58,082 nt of DNA, from assembly GCA_032718475.1 (NCBI GenBank), contig JAUCBJ010000425.1:1-58082 (forward strand). The letters are read 5' to 3'. The DNA comes from Nemertoderma westbladi (Eukaryota > Animalia > Xenacoelomorpha). The position numbers and the translations under genes were made by a program. The notes under the pieces were generated by a model that did no database searches, was not told the origin of the DNA, and saw only the letters and a program-made list of their open reading frames with translations. This document shows positions 50,550-58,082 of the stretch, piece by piece (the first letter of the stretch is position 1; every line of letters starts with the position of its first letter).

Positions 50550-52947
50550 ACAATCTCAGCAGTAAGAAACTCGGCCAATGCATCAATTGGTGGAGTAGGA
50601 ATTCTGCTAAGCCCATTTGCACTTAAGACCCTAAACAACATCGAATCTATAAATTCCAGGGTTATGATCGCAACATTTGATGGGAATCCCAAGGTAACAG
50701 TTATATGTTGCTACAGTCCAACCAATGCCTCAGAGCCAGAACAAGCAGTCAAGTTTTATGAAGAACTGACTGGACTTATAAAGGACATTCCGAAACACAA
50801 TGTTAAAGTCATTGCTGGTGACCTAAATGCCCAAATTGGCCCAGAAGACATCAAGGGTTACACCTATAACACCAGTTCCAACAGAAATGGGTACTTACTT
50901 TTAGACCTAATAGAAGAATGTGAATTGATACCAACAAACAACACATTCGAAAAGAGTAAGGGGAAGCTATGGACCTTTCAATACCCTAATGGAACCAAAG
51001 CACAACTGGATTACTTCCTCATAAACAAAAAGTGGAGAAACAGCATGATCAACTGCGAGGCATACAGCTCGTTCAACCTAATTGGTTCGGACCACAGAAT
51101 TGTGACTGCAGAGATCAGACTCAGTTTGAGAGCCAGCAAACCCAGGACAAGCAAGCAAATCAAATATGACTGGGAAAAACTCAGAACTGACAATGCTGTA
51201 AAGGATGCTTATACAGTAGAAGTTCAAAACCGCTTTGAAGCACTTCAGTCAATGGATGAAGACCAATCCACCAATTCAATATACCAGAATATAATAACAG
51301 CCCACAAGGAATCAGCTAAGAGGCATATCCCCCAGAAACCCAAACGAAAACAATATGTGCCATGGCAAAACTCTGAGGTTACTTGTAAGAGAGAAGATCT
51401 TAAGATAGCCTACAAAGTTAAAACCGAACAACCAACAACTGAAAACATTAACAAGGTTGAGAAAGCTAAGGACGATCTTAAATTGGCCTACAACATCAGC
51501 CAGGAAAAGTACATACAGGATAAAACTGAAGCAATTACAACTGCTCACATACAGCAACAATCAAGACTTACCTGGCAAACTGTAAATGAGGTATCTGGTC
51601 GGAAAAGTTGTGCAAAGGGGCGCCTCAAAGCCGATAGTCCTGAAGAACGTGTTGGGAAGTGGAAAAATCACTTCAGCAACTTGCTTGGGCAGCCACCAAA
51701 CATCGAGGTCAGCCCTACAAGGAAAATATATGACAAGACACTACCTATAGAAACAGGGGACTTCACACCTGCCGAAGTCCAAAGAAGCATTAAAAGCATG
51801 TCCATTAATAAAGCGAGTGGATTAGATGAAATCCCAGCGGAGGTATGGAAAACCGGAGTGCTAAACAGACCATTATTGAATGTTTGCAACCGGATGTTAA
51901 AAGGGGAAAAGCCACCACCTATTTGGACTAAAGGTCAACTAAAGCCTCTCCCCAAGAAAGGAGACCTCGGCATACCAACAAATTATCGTGGGATCTGTCT
52001 GCTTGTGGTAGCTGCCAAAATATACAATAAAAAGATTCTATATAGGATTAGGCCTCACATAGAGAAACTACTGCGTAAGAGTCAAAACGGATTTCGAACA
52101 AGTAGATCAACAATAGCTCAGATACTTGCACTACGGAGACTGATTGAAGGAATTAAGTCAAAGAATCTCCCCGCTGTCATGACTTTTGTGGACTTCAAGA
52201 AGTCATTCGACTCCATCCATAGAGGTAAAATGCTTGAAATCCTAAGAGCTTATGGAATACCAGAAGTAGTTGTTGCTGGCATTGGATTGTTATATTGTGA
52301 CGCAGAAGCGCAGGTACTCTCACCAGATGGTGAAACTGAGTTTTTCTCAATCCTGGCTGGCGTACTGCAAGGTGACACATTAGCACCATTACTATTTGTA
52401 ATTGTGCTGGATTACGCAATGAGGACGGCCACAAAGGGTGAATACCTGGGATTCACACTTCAAGAACGCAGAAGTAGTAGATATCCGGCAACTACAGTCA
52501 CAGACACCGACTTTGCGGATGACATCGCCTTGCTCTCTAATACCCTAGCAGATGCACAGCTTCTACTAAATAAAGTGGAGAGGGCTGCTAAAGAGGTTGG
52601 ATTGCATATAAATGCTACAAAGACCGAATTCATGACCTTTAATGTTGATCGAAACTTGACAACCATTGATAATAATCAACTAAGGAAGGTCGATGACTTC
52701 CAGTACCTTGGATCATGGATAGAGAGTAGCAAAAAGGACATAGAAGTTAGGAAAGGAAAGGCTTGGGTAGCTCTATCAAAAATGGATACCATCTGTAAAT
52801 CAGATCTCTCCAGGCACCTGAAGACTAAGTTCTTTCGAGCCACAGTGGAAAGTGTATTTTTATACGGGGGTGAGACCTGGTCACTGACTAAATCACTTGA
52901 ACAACGAATTGATGGTTGCTACAGAAGACTACTAAGGGCAGCCCTAA
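50550..52947 (+). mobile_element. RTE-clade LINE (second family), EN + RT, truncated at both ends
   Basis: Open frame from SANASIGGVGILL through CYSPT, GDLNA, LDYFL, SDH, PKKGD, NYRGICL, QNGFR, FVDFKKSFDS, GVLQGDTLAP, DFADD and YLGS to LLRAAL. Confidence 0.95.
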
Positions 52948-53048
52948 AGGGCAGCCCTAAGTGCACGTGGCGGTTCCTTTGGTCGGCTGATCTCCAGGTG
53001 GTCGATTTAAAGGCTGAGCCTCGGATGAAACCTTCGTTATTAAAGTGA
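50664..53048 (+). CDS. RTE endonuclease/reverse transcriptase ORF (partial; last ~33 aa are read-through into flanking DNA)
   Basis: 794-aa uninterrupted ORF with AP-EN and RT motifs. It lacks the EN N-terminus and the RLRxAGHC C-terminal region. Confidence 0.85.
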   Translation: MIATFDGNPKVTVICCYSPTNASEPEQAVKFYEELTGLIKDIPKHNVKVIAGDLNAQIGPEDIKGYTYNTSSNRNGYLLLDLIEECELIPTNNTFEKSKGKLWTFQYPNGTKAQLDYFLINKKWRNSMINCEAYSSFNLIGSDHRIVTAEIRLSLRASKPRTSKQIKYDWEKLRTDNAVKDAYTVEVQNRFEALQSMDEDQSTNSIYQNIITAHKESAKRHIPQKPKRKQYVPWQNSEVTCKREDLKIAYKVKTEQPTTENINKVEKAKDDLKLAYNISQEKYIQDKTEAITTAHIQQQSRLTWQTVNEVSGRKSCAKGRLKADSPEERVGKWKNHFSNLLGQPPNIEVSPTRKIYDKTLPIETGDFTPAEVQRSIKSMSINKASGLDEIPAEVWKTGVLNRPLLNVCNRMLKGEKPPPIWTKGQLKPLPKKGDLGIPTNYRGICLLVVAAKIYNKKILYRIRPHIEKLLRKSQNGFRTSRSTIAQILALRRLIEGIKSKNLPAVMTFVDFKKSFDSIHRGKMLEILRAYGIPEVVVAGIGLLYCDAEAQVLSPDGETEFFSILAGVLQGDTLAPLLFVIVLDYAMRTATKGEYLGFTLQERRSSRYPATTVTDTDFADDIALLSNTLADAQLLLNKVERAAKEVGLHINATKTEFMTFNVDRNLTTIDNNQLRKVDDFQYLGSWIESSKKDIEVRKGKAWVALSKMDTICKSDLSRHLKTKFFRATVESVFLYGGETWSLTKSLEQRIDGCYRRLLRAALKGSPKCTWRFLWSADLQVVDLKAEPRMKPSLLK

Positions 53049-53339
53049 TTCTGGCGATCAGCTCTAAAAGATTTATAATATTCCACCACGTCTGTGTCGA
53101 AAATATTATTGTGTTTAAGATGGATGCATTCCACTAGAGTTATTTTCTTTAAGAATTCAACTATAGACAAATAGTTATCAGTTCCAAAGTCTCCGATCTC
53201 TGGCTCTGGTCTCAGGTATTTTTAAAAATAATTATCCGGGTAGGTCTCTGGTTTACCGAGATTAAGAAAAACAGGTCTCTTTTGCAACTCTAGTCTATAG
53301 CTATAGTGTTAACCGAAATTCCGTCTATCTTCAGGATTT

Positions 53340-54202
53340 TATCTCTGGAAATGGATTGTTTTCGGCTGGAACCCAGTTCAAGAAGCGAACTGGAAAGCTA
53401 TGGACTCATAGTGGACCCAGTGGTCACAAGTCCCAGATAGACCATATTCTGTTTGGTAGGAAATACAGGAGCTCTATACAAGACTGCAATGCATTTACAA
53501 GCAAGCAAAGCAAAAGCAAACAGTCGGCCGAAGCCGGAGGTGACCCGAAGGCTCCTCTTTCGATAGCTGCTACCCAAAGGTAGGGGTGGGCGATACTCCT
53601 ATCCCAAGATTTGCTCCCAGTATTTTTAACTGGTACTCATTTTATCGTCCCCAGTGGATGAAAGGGTGAGTGAACCCTGGCGGGGCTGAACCTACAACCA
53701 ATAGATTGCAGGCATGGCGCTCAAACAACTAAGCTACCCCTCCTTTACAATGCGCCGAATGCATTTACACTTCGAGCCTTCTCCAGTGATCACCGCCTTA
53801 TTGTAGCCAAGGTAAGACTTAGTCTGCGTGCTAGCAGAACAACGAAATCTGCCTTGCCACGGCATGACTGGTCCTCTCTGTTGCAACAGCCAAGTGTGAG
53901 ATCCAGCTTCACACTACAGCTGAGCAACAGGTATGAAGTTCTTGCCTCTGATGCGGCAGATCACTGTGAGGGCTATACAATATAAGCAGTTAAGTTAGCA
54001 GCTGCAGAAACAGTTCTTGTATACCCTCGAAACAGGAAAAGGCTGAATCACCAGCCGATCGCCTCAATGGTTGGAAGGCCCACTTTGAAAAGCTCCTCAA
54101 TAATGACAGGGTATTGCCTGATAACTTTATAGAAGTAAAAGTGTCTGAGTCTTTACTCCCAGATATTCCCATTGGCGATATCTCCTTTGAAGAAGTGAAG
54201 GC
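53340..54202 (+). mobile_element. Degenerate RTE fragment (EN end and linker) interrupted by a SINE
   Basis: FKKRTGKLWTHSGPSGHKSQIDHILF...DCNAFT [SINE] LRAFSSDHRLIVAKVRLSLRAS, then SPADRLNGWKAHFEKLL after a deletion. Confidence 0.85.
53500..53757 (-). mobile_element. tRNA-derived SINE with 12-bp TSD and (TTTGC)-type tail
   Basis: TSD AATGCATTTACA at 53488-53499 and 53758-53769. Minus-strand head ggaggggTAGCTTAGTTG (A box) then GGTTCAGCCCC (B-box-like). Central ctcaccctttcatcc...gataaaatgagtaccag. Confidence 0.9.
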
Positions 54203-54458
54203 CGGTATCGTATCTCAGTCAAATACAATAGATACTCAAATACCGTATTGAACTAAGTGAAATATAGAGCAAATCAATGCATCGAAGGGAAAAAGGGCAA
54301 ATAAACAGATACAGTGAGCGGCCCTCGTTGACAGGTACACTAGCGCAATCCCGTTTATTGTATCAGACCGGACATCTTGCATTCATCTTGCACTCTTTGA
54401 ACGCCTATTTCTCAGCTATTTCTCAACGAAATTCAAACATTGTTACATATTAGCGCGA

Positions 54459-55033
54459 ATGAAACCATTTGATAGCTTTATTCCAGATCAATTCAAAATT
54501 GCTCTAATTTCAACACTTGTTTATCGAATCCTTATGATTTGTTCTACCTGGTGCCAATTTCATAAGGAAATTAATATCCTCCATGGTCTATTGTCCCTCA
54601 ATGGTTACCCTAAGCACTTACTGTCCATGGCTACTGATAGGATAACAGTTAAATGTATGACAGGTTCTAAACCGACTTTCCCCACTGTTCCTAAACGTCC
54701 GGTCTATCTTGTACTACCGTTCATTGGTTCATACTCAATCCTGCTTAAAAAACGACTACAGTTACTTAGCAAAGCGTTTCCCCAATGTAATTTTAAGATT
54801 ATTTTTCGCCCTACACGTAGGTTAGGAGTTCACTTTCCATTTAAGGATAGACTTCCCCTGTGTCTCAGACCTCTTGCTTTATATAAATTTACGTGCAGTA
54901 GCTGCAATGCTACATACATCGGTAAAACCGAGCGTCACTACAAAGCAAGGATCAGCGAACACTTGGGAGTTTCCCCTCGAACAGGAAAAACTTCAGCCTC
55001 TCCCAAACACTCCACTGTACGAGAACACGCCCT
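54459..55033 (+). mobile_element. Penelope-like element fragment (RT C-terminus + GIY-YIG endonuclease)
   Basis: FDSFIPDQFKIALISTLVYR...NGYP, LPFIG and LYKFTCSSCNATYIGKTERHYKARISEH...STVREH. Cut off by the tandem array. Confidence 0.9.
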
Positions 55034-55034
55034 A

Positions 55035-58000
55035 TTTTATATCTCATTATTATAAAAAAAAAAATGCAACTTAATGAGGTTTGCCCCTCACACTTAATTT
55101 AAAAAAAAATATGTGAGAGGAAGAAAATTCAATCTTTAAGAAATTTTCTCTAAAGCAATCTAAATTGCGCAATGACTAAACTCACTATCTTTAGGGCAGG
55201 ACCATAATTAAACACTACTCCTCCTAAACCTACTCGGGTTACACTAAAAATATTCCCTCTCTATCTATCCCCTCCCTCCCAACCGGAGGGGGGTTGAGAC
55301 TAAACTGAAAAACTAATATAAAAATCTAAAGAAAGGCTGAAATAATCAACTAAAGTGACTTAAAAAATCACTTATTCTATCTAATTCTCTCTTTTGGGCA
55401 CCAAACCCCCAAAATCTAAAAATTTTAACTCAAATTAAAAAAATTTAAGTAGGGAATATTTCTTTAAAAACAATCCCTCACCGGTCTTGAATTTTAAATA
55501 AATTTTTATATCTCATTATTATAAAAAAAAAAATGCAACTTAATGAGGTTTGCCCCTCACACTTAATTTAAAAAAAAATATGTGAGAGGAAGAAAATTCA
55601 ATCTTTAAGAAATTTTCTCTAAAGCAATCTAAATTGCGCAATGACTAAACTCACTATCTTTAGGGCAGGACCATAATTAAACACTACTCCTCCTAAACCT
55701 ACTCGGGTTACACTAAAAATATTCCCTCTCTATCTATCCCCTCCCTCCCAACCGGAGGGGGGTTGAGACTAAACTGAAAAACTAATATAAAAATCTAAAG
55801 AAAGGCTGAAATAATCAACTAAAGTGACTTAAAAAATCACTTATTCTATCTAATTCTCTCTTTTGGGCACCAAACCCCCAAAATCTAAAAATTTTAACTC
55901 AAATTAAAAAAATTTAAGTAGGGAATATTTCTTTAAAAACAATCCCTCACCGGTCTTGAATTTTAAATAAATTTTTATATCTCATTATTATAAAAAAAAA
56001 AATGCAACTTAATGAGGTTTGCCCCTCACACTTAATTTAAAAAAAATATGTGAGAGGAAGAAAATTCAATCTTTAAGAAATTTTCTCTAAAGCAATCTAA
56101 ATTGCGCAATGACTAAACTCACTATCTTTAGGGCAGGACCATAATTAAACACTACTCCTCCTAAACCTACTCGGGTTACACTAAAAATATTCCCTCTCTA
56201 TCTATCCCCTCCCTCCCAACCGGAGGGGGGTTGAGACTAAACTGAAAAACTAATATAAAAATCTAAAGAAAGGCTGAAATAATCAACTAAAGTGACTTAA
56301 AAAATCACTTATTCTATCTAATTCTCTCTTTTGGGCACCAAACCCCCAAAATCTAAAAATTTTAACTCAAATTAAAAAAATTTAAGTAGGGAATATTTCT
56401 TTAAAAACAATCCCTCACCGGTCTTGAATTTTAAATTTTAAATAAATTTTTATATCTCATTATTATAAAAAAAATGCAACTTAATGAGGTTTGCCCCTCA
56501 CACTTAATTTAAAAAAAATATGTGAGAGGAAGAAAATTCAATCTTTAAGAAATTTTCTCTAAAGCAATCTAAATTGCGCAATGACTAAACTCACTATCTT
56601 TAGGGCAGGACCATAATTAAACACTACTCCTCCTAAACCTACTCGGGTTACACTAAAAATATTCCCTCTCTATCTATCCCCCCCCCCCTCCCAACCGGAG
56701 GGGGGTTGAGACTAAACTGAAAAACTAATATAAAAATCTAAAGAAAGGCTGAAATAATCAACTAAAGTGACTTAAAAAATCACTTATTCTATCTAATTCT
56801 CTCTTTTGGGCACCAAACCCCCAAAATCTAAAAATTTTAACTCAAATTAAAAAAATTTAAGTGGGGAATATTTCTTTAAAAACAATCCCTCACCGGTCTT
56901 GAATTTTAAATTTTAAATAAATTTTTATATCTCATTATTATAAAAAAAAATGCAACTTAATGAGGTTTGCCCCTCACACTTAATTTAAAAAAAATATGTG
57001 AGAGGAAGAAAATTCAATCTTTAAGAAATTTTCTCTAAAGCAATCTAAATTGCGCAATGACTAAACTCACTATCTTTAGGGCAGGACCATAATTAAACAC
57101 TACTCCTCCTAAACCTACTCGGGTTACACTAAAAATATTCCCTCTCTATCTATCCCCTCCCTCCCAACCGGAGGGGGGTTGAGACTAAACTGAAAAACTA
57201 ATATAAAAATCTAAAGAAAGGCTGAAATAATCAACTAAAGTGACTTAAAAAATCACTTATTCTATCTAATTCTCTCTTTTGGGCACCAAACCCCCAAAAT
57301 CTAAAAATTTTAACTCAAATTAAAAAAATTTAAGTAGGGAATATTTCTTTAAAAACAATCCCTCACCGGTCTTGAATTTTAAATTTTAAATAAATTTTTA
57401 TATCTCATTATTATAAAAAAAAAATGCAACTTAATGAGATTTGCCCCTCACACTTAATTTAAAAAAAATATGTGAGAGGAAGAAAATTCAATCTTTAAGA
57501 AATTTTCTCTAAAGCAATCTAAATTGCGCAATGACTAAACTCACTATCTTTAGGGCAGGACCATAATTAAACACTACTCCTCCTAAACCTACTCGGGTTA
57601 CACTAAAAATATTCCCTCTCTATCTATCCCCTCCCTCCCAACCGGAGGGGGGTTGAGACTAAACTGAAAAACTAATATAAAAATCTAAAGAAAGGCTGAA
57701 ATAATCAACTAAAGTGACTTAAAAAATCACTTATTCTATCTAATTCTCTCTTTTGGGCACCAAACCCCCAAAATCTAAAAATTTTAACTCAAATTAAAAA
57801 AATTTAAGTAGGGAATATTTCTTTAAAAACAATCCCTCACCGGTCTTGAATTTTAAATTTTAAATAAATTTTTATATCTCATTATTATAAAAAAAAATGC
57901 AACTTAATGAGATTTGCCCCTCACACTTAATTTAAAAAAAATATGTGAGAGGAAGAAAATTCAATCTTTAAGAAATTTTCTCTAAAGCAATCTAAATTGC

Positions 58001-58082
58001 GCAATGACTAAACTCACTATCTTTAGGGCAGGACCATAATTAAACACTACTCCTCCTAAACCTACTCGGGTTACACTAAAAA
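55035..58082. repeat. Tandem array of an AT-rich ~469-475-bp unit, at least 6.4 near-identical copies, running off the window
   Basis: atctcattatt recurs at 55041, 55510, 55979, 56454, 56929, 57402 and 57876. Confidence 0.99.

Noticed and set aside
52961-53292. hAT-like terminus (TAGAGTTGC on the minus strand) and ORF 52919-53170
   Set aside because: No partner TIR, TSD or recognisable transposase motif.
55035-55510. Hammerhead ribozyme or Penelope pseudo-LTR in the 470-bp unit
   Set aside because: No CTGANGA...GAAA core found on either strand (the closest is cttaatgag), and no similarity to the adjacent Penelope ORF.

Overview
Animal (probably invertebrate) nuclear DNA, almost all repeats. 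The ORF track misses one spliced host gene: the 3' part of an ANKFN1/wide-awake-like gene on the + strand. Its four phase-compatible exons are 7175-7385, 9156-9274, 9758-9928 and 41765-41899. One intron holds about 445 CTG triplets. The last intron is 31.8 kb and is filled by a 19/23-bp satellite (10225-41491). Removing that satellite rejoins an in-frame RTE retrotransposon C-terminus, so the array appears to have grown in place from a 23-nt seed in an old LINE. A young RTE copy later inserted into the array, and its empty site survives in a duplicated block. The rest of the window holds an internally deleted BEL/Pao element (gag + protease only, rich in splice donors), about ten RTE fragments, a decayed CR1/L2-group LINE, two tRNA-derived SINEs, a P-like MITE, a solo LTR, a Penelope fragment, a 39-bp minisatellite and a ~470-bp tandem array running off the end. 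The many 'SWEWSSIIPGSGHP' ORFs and the polyL/polyQ ORFs are repeat artefacts. All family assignments come from motif recognition by eye; no search was run.
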